Shown one piece after another: positions 24,561-36,900 of a stretch of 64,000 nt of DNA. Numbering within the stretch: position 1 is the stretch's first letter; each line of letters opens with the position of its first letter. Position numbers and translations under genes: made by a program. The notes under the pieces are model-generated. The model was not told the origin of the DNA. It searched no databases and saw only the letters and a program-made list of their open reading frames with translations. Source of the DNA: Takakia lepidozioides (lineage: Eukaryota > Plantae > Bryophyta); contig CM060732.1 in NCBI GenBank assembly GCA_030704615.1, forward strand, positions 47,182,001 to 47,246,000. The letters run 5' to 3'.

Positions 24561-27500
24561 AGAGTAAGCAGAGTACGGGGAGACACTTCCCTCGATGGTC
24601 TCTCTGCTACAGAGAGGTACAGGCAGGGTGGGGGCGAGCATGTGAGGACCACGGGGTGCATGCATCCATGACACACGTGGGATGTGCTCGAGGTTTAGAG
24701 GGAGTTGGCAGCCAAGGTGGCGATGAAAGATAAGGTTGGGGATTTTTCTCGGGTGGAGGAAGTCTTGAGGATGAGATGATGGGGAAGGATGAGGCCTTGT
24801 CACTGACTGAGCAGGTAGGGAGTACTGCTCAAGAGGTTGCAACATAGCAACCACTGGACGCGTCCTCTACCTCTAAGCCCACTAGACTTAAGGTTGCAGT
24901 TACGGAGGACAATTGGGAGCCTGACATTGGACCCATTGTCACCGGAGGAGAGAGACGACGTATACGGCGGTTCCTGAGGGCTTACAGGAATTGCTTTGCC
25001 TTCAGTTTGAAGGACTTGGGAGCATTAAAGGGTCAAGAGATCCGTATTGAGTTGGCCACTGACACGCCAATTTTTCGGAGACCCTATAGATACAGTGACA
25101 TGGAGAGGTCTTTGATTCAGATGAGGACTCAAGATCTCTGGGAGGCAGGTTTGGTGGAGCTCTCTGGTGGAGAGTATGCTTCAGCCACAGTGATGCCAGC
25201 CAAGAAGGATGTCTATGGCAATTGGACGGAGAGACATATGTGCGGTGATTACCGGCCTGTAAATCGTCAGACCAAGTCCGATAAGTATGCCATGCCAACA
25301 CCAAAGGAGATCTTTGATGCCATTGGGCATGCTAAGGTCTTTAGCACTTTGGATTTACGATCCGGATATCACCAGTTGTCAATCAAGGAGGCGGACAAGC
25401 AGAAGACGACATTCTGGGGGATCAATGAGCACGGCAAGGATTGCCTATATCAGTGGCGGTTCTTACCATTTGGGCTTAAGAATGCTCCTGCAGAGTTTCA
25501 GAGAGTCATGGATAGGATTCTAGCAGGGGTGGACTTTGCTCGATGCTACATAGATGATATCATCATCTTTAGTGTTACGATGGAGGAGCATGAGATACAC
25601 CTTCAGGTGGTGTTGGAGCGCTTGAGAGCGCAGGGATTGAAGTTGCATCCGGGGAAGTGCAAGTTTTTCCATAACCAGATTGAGTATCTGGGTCACATGA
25701 TATATCCTGGAGGATTGGGGGTACAGCAGACTAAGGTAGAGGCCATTGCACAAATTCCACGCCCCACGGATGTGAGCCGAGTTTGAGCTTTCATGGGGTT
25801 GGCAAACTATTATAGACGGTTTGTCAAAGGATTTAGTACCAGCAAAAGCTCTAACCAAGCTGACCAAGGTGGACCAGGAGTGGCAGTGGGAAGATGAGCA
25901 GGAACGAGCTTTCCAAGAGCTCAATGCGAGGTTGACCTCGGCGCCTATCCAGAGATGACCTATCAGGGGGCGTCCTTTTCAGCTGCATACGAATTGGAGC
26001 ATGCTGGGGCTTGGAGCGGTGCTCACATAGGTGGATGATGAGGGAAGAGAGTTCGTAGTGGCTTATGCTAGCCGCTCGAACAACGCTGCAGAGGCTAAGT
26101 ACAGCTCATATGAGGGAGAGTGCTTAGCTGCAGTGTGGGCCATGGCACACTTCAGGTGCTATCTATACGGCAATCTTTTCACCCTTGTCACGGATCACCA
26201 ACCACTCAAGTGGTTGATGGAGTCAGACAAGCTTACGGGGAAGCTTGCACGATGGGCACTCTTACTCCAGGAGTATGACTTTCAGGTTGTGCATCGACCG
26301 GGTTTGGTCAATCAGGATGCGGATGGATTGAATCGCAATCCATGCATGAGCCAGCAGGATGACACTGGAGCTCGGTGGCATGGTGAGACGGACGAGGAGA
26401 TGGTGCCGGGATGGCACGCATCTGCATTTTTGTGTATCTTGGCATCGGGAGGTCAGGTTGGACCTACAATAGAGATGACTGTAGACGGAGTGTCTGAGGA
26501 CCCTGAGGCTAGTGATGAGCCAGGTGGTGCCAGAGATATACATGAGGATTCGGCTGTGTTGGACTACCTCCGCACGGGAGACACGGCAGCCACTGTGACT
26601 GCCAGGGAGAGGGATCGGATCCTGCAACGAGCCAAGAGGTTCAAGTGGGAGGGGATACACCTACTTCGAGTGTGGGAGGATGGTCGGGTGAGGATTGTGC
26701 CTCACCCCACACAGCGTGCACGGTTAGTGTTGCATGCCCATGAGGAGTTGGGGCATTTTGGAGTGCGACGCACTCACAGTTTACTGCAAGGGCAGTATTG
26801 GTGACATGGTATGCATACAGAGGTGCAACAGTACGTGGCTAGGTGCATGGTGTGTGACAGGGTATGTGCTTCATTCAACACCCCTACACCACAGTTGCAT
26901 CATTTACCAATCATGGGATTGGGCTACAGGTGGAGTCTTGACTTCGTAGGACCGTTGCCACTGACTATGCGCCACCACAGATATGTGTTGGTGATGGTGG
27001 AGCACTTCTCCAAGTGGATTGAGTTGGTTCCATTGCCTGACAAGGCTAGTGAGAGGGCTGCGTATGCATTCTTGGATCGTGTGCTAGCCGATTTGGTGCT
27101 CCAGCTGAGGTACTCACGGACCAAGGGAGAGAGTTCTTGGGGGAGTTTCAGGCTTTGTGTAATAAAACCTTGATAAACCACCGCACCACTTATCGGGATC
27201 ATCATGAGGCCGATGGCTTAGCAGAGAGAGTTGTTCAGACGGTGAAGAGGGATTTGCGCAAGTATGGCTTGCAGAAGGGACACCTAGGAGATTGGGATCT
27301 TCAGGTTCCTTGGTTAGCCATGGGCTACATGTTTAGCAAACAAGCATCACTTGCTTCCTTCTCACCATATTTCCTTCTCTTTGGCCGAGAGCCGGATTTG
27401 CCTGCAGCCATTCGTAGGGACATTGCTCAAGTCCTTAACCTTGACGATCCGGACGTGTGGGTATGTGCATGTGATCAGCGTGTAGAGTTGTTCAAGAAAG

Positions 27501-27835
27501 TCATGCCCATGGCTTTTGAGAACCTTGCCATTGCACAGCACCGTGATACGTTGAGGTATGTCACTATACGTGGTGGAGGATATCGTCCTGGGGTTCGGAG
27601 GTTTAGCCCTGGTGACTATGTTTATTTGCAGCAGACTGCTCATACGACTCTAGATGTTAATGCAGGGCGTGTTATTCTGAGGGTTCGAGAGGTGTTGCCC
27701 TCAGGGGTCCTGATCTTGGAGGGTCGGGATGACATGATTTGGAAGGACCATGTGCGTAATTGTGCACCATGTCACCTTCCCAATGTCGATGGCAGAGTTG
27801 ACCCAAACTTGGCAGTGGTACCTGCAGGTTTGAGG

Positions 27836-27970
27836 TGCATGCTCTGTGGGTCTGCCAAAGGGGCATCCACCATGCTGGTGTATGATCGATGCTCAAGGGG
27901 TTGGCATATGGGATGCTTGACACCACCTCTTGAGAAGGTTCCTGACGGAGATTGGTTGTGTCCACACTGC
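27836..27970 (+). other. PHD finger at the integrase C-terminus
   Basis: 'CMLC..MLVYDRCSRGWHMGCLTPPLEKVPDGDWLCPHC' fits C4HC3 with the third Cys changed to Tyr. Confidence 0.88.
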
Positions 27971-29539
27971 TTGGGATAGTGACAATGGACATGACTGGAA
28001 GCAGTTAACAAGACATGGGAGGCCAAGCTCATAGGAGTCAATACATGAGATCCCAAGCTCAAGTTCACAGGTTGCAAAACGGCGACTAACGATGGGGCAA
28101 CTCTTGCACCCGGCCTCTTGATCTATCGAGTTTGAGTGTAGTAGGGATAGTGGTGGAGGACTTAGTGAGGCTATGGTCACTATCACATCTTGTGGCTACT
28201 TGGACTTAGAGGGACCTAAGCACCAGCTAGGGCGGCGATTGTGTGGACTAGTGACTGCCATAGTGGGCAGCATAGTAGCAGCCTTGTGACTGACTAGTTG
28301 TAGCCCAGTGGTTGGACTAGTGGCTGGACTAGTGGTGGACTAGTGGTTACTAGTGTGTGGTGTGCACATGTGTTGTGTGGTTTTGGACAGCGATGTAGTT
28401 GTGTAGCGATATGTATGCGCACGACAGGTCCCCCAAAAAAGCACCAGGAAGGGATGGACAAAGTCCTGATACAAACAAATGAACATACAGGCATATATTA
28501 TAATGTGTCTATGCAACCATACAACTTATTATAAGCGAAATGCAAACAACAACCTTCAATATGTGCATGCATCAAATATGTCATTCACTAATTACATGTA
28601 TGTGCGCAACGTCACGCATGCAAAGTTTCAAACCCAAAAAAAATCATTTGCCTCCCCAAGGACGCGTTCACCCTATCAACCAGTTTTTAATATGAAAGAA
28701 AATCCTCTCATGCCATTGCACCCATCAAACAGATGTGGCTCAAGCTTCATTTTTTCCCACATGTGCTTAAATATGTATGCAACACATGTGCAAAGATCCA
28801 GCCAAAAAAAAAAACATTTGCCTCCCCAACGACACACTCACCATTGAACCAATTTTGAATTAAATCGAATTTAAAAGAATTTAAAATAAATATTTGCATT
28901 TAGAAAATATATGATTGCGGTTTTGAGGGGCGTAATGATTTTATTTTTGGCTCTATTTTGTTTTGTGACATTGGGGTTTGCACCACTACATCCATGCAAA
29001 AAATTGGACAAAAAAAAAATGTAAAAAAAAAAGTATGTTTCTAGGGTCACTTTTACAAAACTCTCTATGAAGATTGCATGAAGTTAAAGATAATTGAACT
29101 TTGGAATACAAATGAGAGAACAAAATATGGTTCAGGGTCCAAATGACTTTTGTTTACTCCCAAATTTTGCACACACATTGCATATGCTATCATTAAGCAT
29201 ATGGCTTGAAAAAAGAAAAAAGAAAAATAAAAAATCATGTGCAGGCGAAACGCAATTTTCCGTCTCTACGACACGTAGCTGCGTTCAACACTAGAATGAC
29301 CCATTGAATGAACTTGGTTCAAGCTCATATTTGGTCCACATGTGCATAAGTATGTTCAGATCACATATGCAAAGTTGCAACCCACACGAGCAACAAGAAA
29401 AATATTTACATCTATCGATTAATCGGATATATACAAAGTACATCATGAGAATATCTACAATGCCCCTCTACGCGATCCCTGTCTCAAAGAAACCCTATTT
29501 CTATCATACACATCCCACTTATGCTGTAACCGGAGGTCC

Positions 29540-29800
29540 CAATCATCTCGGGAGAACTCGTATGAGGCAAATAGCTCGCTGCCAGCCCTAATAGTCCGAC
29601 TAGCACAGGTCATGACAAACATGTACATCCCCTCATAATACACCGACGTGTGACCACAAAAGCTCTCATGCCCATCGCTTCGCTCGTCCCATACTACATT
29701 GGTTCTCCTAAGATGACCAAAAGAACTGTTGATGAGCCCAGCAACATTGCCAAAGATATCGGGGTCACCATCACAAAATCTGATCTCAATGGGAGACAAG
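29540..29800 (-). pseudogene. SET-domain C-terminal remnant, probably TE-borne
   Basis: 'CDGDP..GNVAGLINSS..NV..MFVMTCASRTIRAGSELFASYEF' resembles the SET motifs (R)FINHS and ELxxDY; no N-terminal half is visible. Confidence 0.6.
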
Positions 29801-30906
29801 CTTCTACAATTCTATCTTTGGTGTTCTTTGATCTGACTGTGGCTGCTAAAAAAGCTTGGGCATTGCTCTGTGCGGCGATCAAAAGGAAGCCACAACGACA
29901 GCCCTCTCACATCCATACCTTCGGAGCAACCTGGGCAAACACGGACTCATTTGCAAAGTTGATGGCCTTACCTGTGTTTGGGCAGATTCAATCCCCTCCT
30001 GCTGGCAAGGAAATATGGGATACCTCTTCAGCCTTCCCAAAATTTGACAGAATAGAGATAAATTGGAGGCACATTAGAGCAGGTTCAGCTACCCGTCTTC
30101 ATTTCCACAGATAGATAAGCAATTCCTACCGGATAGCTAATTAGCAAGAGCTTCCCCTCTTCTTGCCTCATCGGATTCGCCCTGCTCTTCTCCTCCCCTC
30201 CCTGCCGCCTCCGTGCACCCTCTCTCTCACCAACCTTCAGCTTCTCTGTTCTCAGTTCTGTCCACCGTTGTAGATCCAGACCTACTTCCGTTACAGTTAA
30301 TGGATTCTTGAGGATTTTTCACCAAAGTCTTCAAGGTTTTCGATAAGGCATCGAGCCTATGTAGGTTCATAATGTCGTTAATACGAGAGTCCACTCTCGG
30401 TTATGGTTCTAGATGGATCCAGCACGGTCCTCTGTGTCTTAAGCCTTATGGCAGCCTGCGGGCATTTAAAGGGTTTCAATTTTTTCCCTTCAATAACCAG
30501 GTAATAAAGTTCTCAGGGCACCGTCCCTGTTCTGCAAAAAAACGAAAAAAGAAAAGTATTTATCTGTTTTTATTTCCCCAAAATATGGCTTTGCCTTAAA
30601 AACAAACAGAGAAAAAAGTTCCTGCCTGTGTGACAGTGTGCGTTTTCCTGTTTTCCTGTATTATTGAATCCTGCCCTGGGTTTTTTGTTTTTTTGTTTTG
30701 CCAAAAATATACAGATACAAAAGCTTACAATTTTTCAGCCCTTGATACCACCTCGATCCTTGATCCCAACGGCCACGATGAGAGGCGAGCATACGCGCTA
30801 AGGGTTTAGGGTTTGCAGAAGATATGTCTACATTGTCACACTGGTTCCCGGAACTCGGAGATATGTGTTGCACGCAGAATTTGAATTTGTTGAGAGAAGG
30901 GGTAAG

Positions 30907-33900
30907 ATGGACTTCGAGATGCGAAAGCTGGTGGCTATGGAAGCCTTAGCATCAGACGAGAGAGACCGGTCTAGGAAGGGTGGGGTGGATGCCCCTATAG
31001 CGGATCTCATTGCATGCATCAACAGGCATCCGTGTTTCTTCACCACAAGCTCTTGCTCAGGCCGCATCTCTGTCCTCTTTGAACCAGCGAGCACTGTCAC
31101 ACATTTGGATGCGAAGGGTATTTCAGGATATGTCATCACTGTGCAGAATGAAGGTGCACTATGTGGGGAAGAAATCAGCCGTGAGAAGAAGGGTAAAAAA
31201 AAGAAAGGAGGAGATTGGATTTATGTGAGCCACGAGGCAGCCCTTGACAAAGAGGTGACATCATCTGGACTCTTTATATTGTATATGGTACCTGCTAGAC
31301 TTGTTTATTCGACTTGCATTTATTGTGTTCTTTTAGATTGGTTTTGCTGAAAAACTCAATATTGCAAATGGCATAGCAGGTGATAGAGGCGGTAGAAAGC
31401 CATTGCAGCACAAGACAGGATGGGCTCCTGGTATTTCGCTACGAGCCTTTTATTCTGGCGCTTGATTGCTGTACTTCCTCCTCTGCTCAACAAATGGTGG
31501 CATGCGCTCTTGCTTCTGGATTCCGTGAATCTGGTATGTCCATCAGTTAGCTCCCCGCCCGGCCAGTAGTATATGCTTTCCAATGTTCTCAAAAAGGCTT
31601 CTAGTACGATTGTGAGTCTATTACAAGATAGGGGGACTTACCGCAGCTTTGTATTCTTGTTTCATATATCACTGGCAAGGTTGTTGCTGAAGGGCACCAT
31701 GCTGTCATGCACATGAGGGCTCTGCTCTTATTTTGGTGGTCTGGTAGGTGCCTCCATGCAAACTGGGTGGATTTGTGGGTTTTGCAATCATGGGATGGGT
31801 ACTGTAATCTTCGTTTCATCAAAACACCCTGTCTAGATTGCAAATTAAAGTCATTATATCCCTTTTCTTGTTTTGAGAACATCAATGGCTTGCTTCATGC
31901 ATGTACTCATTGCCTTCATAACATAGTGGTTCTTAAGATGGTCGAGAATCCTCTTAAGGGGTGAGAAATCAAATTTTATGTTGGTATAGGCAAGAGTTTT
32001 AAAATGCGTGTATTACTTGTAAGCAGGTATCTCTGGCATGGGGAAACGCATCATGGTTGCTGTCCGTTGTTCCATTCGTTTAGAAGTGCCTCTAGCAGAA
32101 GGGGGGTGTATGTTGGTGCCTCAAGACTACTTGAGATTCCTTACAGCTCTTGCGAACCAGAAAATGGAGGCAAATTATCAAAGAACCAGAAAGTTTCTGT
32201 CAATGTTCATCGACCAGGTAGGAATTTGTAAGGTTGTTTTTCACTTGCAGTCTTCACTCTAGCCACTATTCTTCGCATTAGGTGGGAAATGTGGTGGCCA
32301 AGCTAGAATTTGCTCGAGCATATAGAAGTGGTTATCTGGGGCAAACAAACTGCCTTCACTTCACTTCTAGATATGAACTGCCAACTTCTAATAGCTAGGA
32401 AAGGCGCTCTCTCTTATCTATTTGCTCATAGTTTCCATGGTTCAAATTGCAGGTGAAGGTTGGAGATGCTTCATCCCTGTGTAGGTCGAGTTGTAGTACC
32501 ACCAATGAAGAGCCTTTCTGTAGATCCCAGAAAATTGAACTTTTTGAATGCTGTGACCCAGGATTCCCTGGGAAAGAAGTTGAAAGCAATGTAACCTGGA
32601 TCAATCAACATTTGAAATTTAGTTCAAAGGAGGGAAACAGATCAAATGGTTCTAATGGTTCTGTGAGATTGAAAGAGAAAGAGAGAAGGAAATTACTTTC
32701 AGGGCTCAAGGGCAGACAGATGCGCATCTTTGCAAAAGTTAATACATTGGATGAGCAACTAAGCACTACAATAGCGATTGCTGGGGACAGAAAGCCTTGT
32801 AATCCTATTCGAACAATGAGTGGCCTAGTCAGGCTTGGGGGGAGTCAGACTTACCAACATGAGAGGGAGGGGTGTCCTGCAACTCATAAGAGCCAAGGCA
32901 TCGTTGTTGACAACAGCAGCAGGAGTGACAAAGTGCAAGTGACACATGGAAGTTCTTTTGCTAAACATCCCGTCTCCAACAGCAACAGGTATCCTCTGGT
33001 TATGTTTCCATCCCAAGAGTATTGTTTACTGACTTTTAAAGTGACTTCAAATGTTTTTGCAAATTGCTGAGAAAAGAATGATGGTTGACTTATAGGGCAT
33101 GGCAAATCTGATGGTTGCAGTTTTCAAGCTGCTCATCTAACAGTGCATGGTGAGCCCATTGAGCTGCTGCATCGTTGGAGCCACTCTGCTGTATCTACCA
33201 CAAAAACCAACGGCCAACATGTTATCTTGATTTTTGGGGGATTTGGAGGACAGAGGTGCCACACACGTCTCGGTGATTTGTTGATTTTGGATCCACTAAA
33301 AGGTTCATTAGAGAGTATTAAGGCTACTGGAGCCCCAATGCCAAGAATGGCGCACACATCGGTGATAACAAGAGACAACATGGTAGTCATTGGTGGAAGA
33401 CAAGATCCCAGTACTCTTCTTGGTGATGTCTGTGTTTTCAACTTGAAGACAACCCAATGGAACTTCCCTGAAGTCACTGGTGATCACTTTCCTCCAAGGT
33501 CCTTTGCTGACCCCCTGGCCCTTCTCTGCTCCCCTCTTTGGGTTGTTCCATTCCATGCCTAAAAATGTCTGTGGTGTAACTTATCAAAAGAAATGTGAAG
33601 TGTGTGATGATGCAGCAACCTCTTTGATGTAGCCACTGTTTTTCACTAATGGTTTCACTGCTCTTTCAGTGAAAGAGACTCAACACTCTAGTGAGTGAAT
33701 CCTGACGGAGTTTTTGAAGCTCATTTGGGAGTTCCTTTCTGTGACTTGCAGGCATCGGCATGCTGCAACAGTAGTTGGCTCAGATATATATGTATTTGGA
33801 GGCCTTTCTGGGGACAACGCCCTAGGGGGCCTTTATATGCTGGACACTGAACTATGGAAGTGGTCACTTGTTGTAGGCAAGGGGGATATACCCTGCTCTC

Positions 33901-36900
33901 GACATTCACATGCAATTGCTACTATGGGTCAGAAGCTTTACCTCTTTGGTGGTCGTGATGCAAGGACAATTTACGGAGACCTTCATGTGTTCTGTCTGGA
34001 GACTCACACATGGAGCAAAGAGGAGTCCTTAGGTGAACCTTGGTTGCCTCGATTTTCGCATTCTATGACAGCTTTGGGCACGTGGTTGGTGGTTTTTGGA
34101 GGTTGTCCAATTGCAAGGCTTGGAACAGATGCTCATGTGATTGACGTTGAGCACATGGTATGGAGACAGGCCTCTGTGTCACTGCCAGTTGCTGTCTCAC
34201 TGTTGGTGCGGCACACTGCCACCCTTGCAGGCACTCGATTGGTCATCATTGGGGGTGGGGCAGCTTGCTTTGCTTTTGGGACCAAGTTCAGTGCTCCTTT
34301 TTCACTGAATTTAGAACCCTATATACACTGTAGAATATCTACGACACTAAATGTCAGGGATGATTTAAACAGGATGGAGGAGCTGCTGAATCTCAGTAGT
34401 CTGTGCAATGGGGTCAGACAGTTCCATACTGGGAGCCCTTCTGACTGTAGAGGAAAGGAGAAGGGGATGGACACATGGATCATGAAATTTGAAAGGAAAA
34501 GTGCAAAGCCTGGCAAGGATGCGCTACAACAGCTTGGCTGGTTGGACAAAACCCGAAAACCAAAAGTTCTGAATCTTGGAACCCATGTAGCTTTCCCTAT
34601 CACAGAGACAGCAGCCTATGTCCTCAGCACTTGGAAAGCAACTGCATTGTTTTCTGGGGTGCCTGCGACATGTCAGTCATCTAGTGAGAGACAAGTGGAA
34701 AAAGCATCAAGTTTGCTGGTACCTTTCAGCCAGCCCAGTCTGTTGAGCTCTGGGCTTGTAGCTAAAAAGACATTGGGTGAGATTTCATCCGAGTATCAGC
34801 CTTATCTAGAAGTATTAGCCAAGCTTATTGCATTTGGAGCGGCAGTCATTGAAACGGGAATTTTCTGTGATGTCAACCACCCAACCACGCCCCTGATAGC
34901 ACTACAGATTTCTGTGTCCAAATTACTTGAACAAACGGGCCTTCCATCCTCTCTACTTGAGGAGCTACCAAAGAGGTATGTACTGAGGCCTCGTAGTCAC
35001 TGCTTCTCCAATTATGTCTGTCACAGTACACCCCACTTGGGAATTTGCAGTAGCAGAAATTATATTGCATAAGTCAAGCCTCCAGTTTGAAAGCTAATGT
35101 TTAGTACTTAGTGTAATGGCTTTGGGGACGAAGTCAGAAACTCAAATCCAAGCTCCATTGAGTAACAGCCATTGAAGGCAGCATTGTTTGTATGAAAGTA
35201 AATGTCAACATCGATTGAAAGCCATACTAAAATCTCACTGAACTATGTGCAGATGGGAGCGGCTCGGGGACATGGCAGTGCTTCCTGCAGGCTCTCTTAG
35301 CAGTTGTAGCTGGGTTACCCTGGGCCCAGTACTGTGGACAACTGTGGCCTCTGCTCTTGGGGTTGAACGGATTGCACGCCAAGTAATCACCCTTACACTT
35401 TCTGATTCTTACATGTGGATTGATTTATGTATTCCAGTTCTCTCAGACACATTGGATAGATTTCACCTGGGTGTCTGGCCTTGAAACAAATGGAAGGGGG
35501 TTGAAATCTTCTGACCCTATATTGACGGGCATAGTCTCACTCCTACCATTCTACGATCCAGATCCTGAAGTGTATCATAGGCCTGCCATTAGATGATGAA
35601 TGTCTTATGGGTAGCTTACTGTTCCACAGCTCCTCCCTAGATATCTAAGCTTTTTAAGACTCATGCATCATGCAATTGCTGAACTGTTAAGTAAGATGTG
35701 CCCTGTGGAACTCACACAGTAATAGTGGGCCTTGGGAGTATTCAAAAACCACATCTTGAGCATGTCAACACAAAACAAATTGATGAAACCCTTAATTGAA
35801 AGATTATCTGTGCAGGCCCGAGTTGCACCCACAGGCACCAGGGATAGCCGGCTACAAGTGTTGTGGGGAGAAGGGGGTTGGGTGAAGCACAGAGAGAACG
35901 GCATCCTCTATTGCTTTGATGCCACAAAGTGTATGTTCTCTTCTGGAAATGTTTCAGAGAAACTGCGCATGGCAGGCATGGATTGTGTGGGTGAAGTCGT
36001 GGTGGATTTGTTTGCAGGCATTGGATATTACACCTTGCCTTTGTTGGTCAGGTGAGTCTCAAGTCTATGGACATGGCTCTGTGACATGTTTATAGTTGTT
36101 CATCCCCAAATCTCAACTTTGAATTCAGGTATCTAGTGATGGTATTTGGAAGTTTGCGTGGGGTTGTCTTTGTGTGTCTCACTCTCTGTCGTGTGGGTTG
36201 CTGTTGGTTGACAGAGCTGGGGCACAAAGAGTGTATGCATGTGAATGGAATCCAAACGCTGTAGCAGCTCTTCGTTACAATCTTGCCATCGACTCAGTAG
36301 AGGATCGATGTGTAGTCATTGAAGGAGACAACCGGATGAAGGCCCCCCAGGTCTCTCCACCAGACTCTGTTCCATCTTTTTGTTGAAGGGTTGTAATTTC
36401 AGGGTCTCAGCTGTGGTGTCCATTGATGTCTAGTTGTTTAATCCTACGCTTTATCCATCCTGATGGATACCTCTCATAGGTGGCTGGGACATTGGTTAGA
36501 TTGATTATGACATTGAAGCGAATGAGCTGCATGAAGCTTTGATGCTGATGTGAATGTTGTTAAGCACACATTACATGGAACAACATGCTGGTATGTCCAG
36601 GAAGAGAGGTTCTCAGTATCTCTTGAAAATTAGTTGAGGGGGTGAGTTGAACTGTGCAGGGTGTGGCAGACAGAGTGTGCTTGGGGCTTCTGCCTACAAG
36701 TGAAGGAAGCTGGGATGCTGCTGTCAAAGCGCTCCGGTGAGTTTTCCTTTGCTGGCTCACCCTGTTCCATGACACAATTTTCTTTGTGGCTTGGATGGAG
36801 AAATCAACAAAGCACATAGGTGTGTTTCCTCAGATTGTCAACAAGTGCAGGAAATTCTAAGAAGTGACGGACTGGATTGGGAGGAAGAGTGTTAAAAAGG

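Larger units (their letters stand above)
20889..27979 (+). pseudogene. Disrupted gag-pol polyprotein
   Basis: 'CWTCGGPHVKKDC', 'VLLDSGAQP', 'FSTLDLRSGYHQ..PFGLKNAP..CYIDDII', 'VVAYASR..YEGECLA..VTDHQPL', 'HEELGH..CMVC..SLDFVGP..GLAERVVQ'; many frameshifts and stops. Confidence 0.9.
18835..28400 (+). mobile_element. Ty3/Gypsy LTR retrotransposon carrying a C5 DNA methyltransferase and a PHD finger; 3' LTR absent
   Basis: Domain order is gag (zinc knuckles), protease (LLDSGA), DNMT, RT (YIDD), RNase H, integrase, PHD. A 5' LTR has matched termini; no second LTR was found after 27979, so the right boundary is approximate. Confidence 0.92.
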
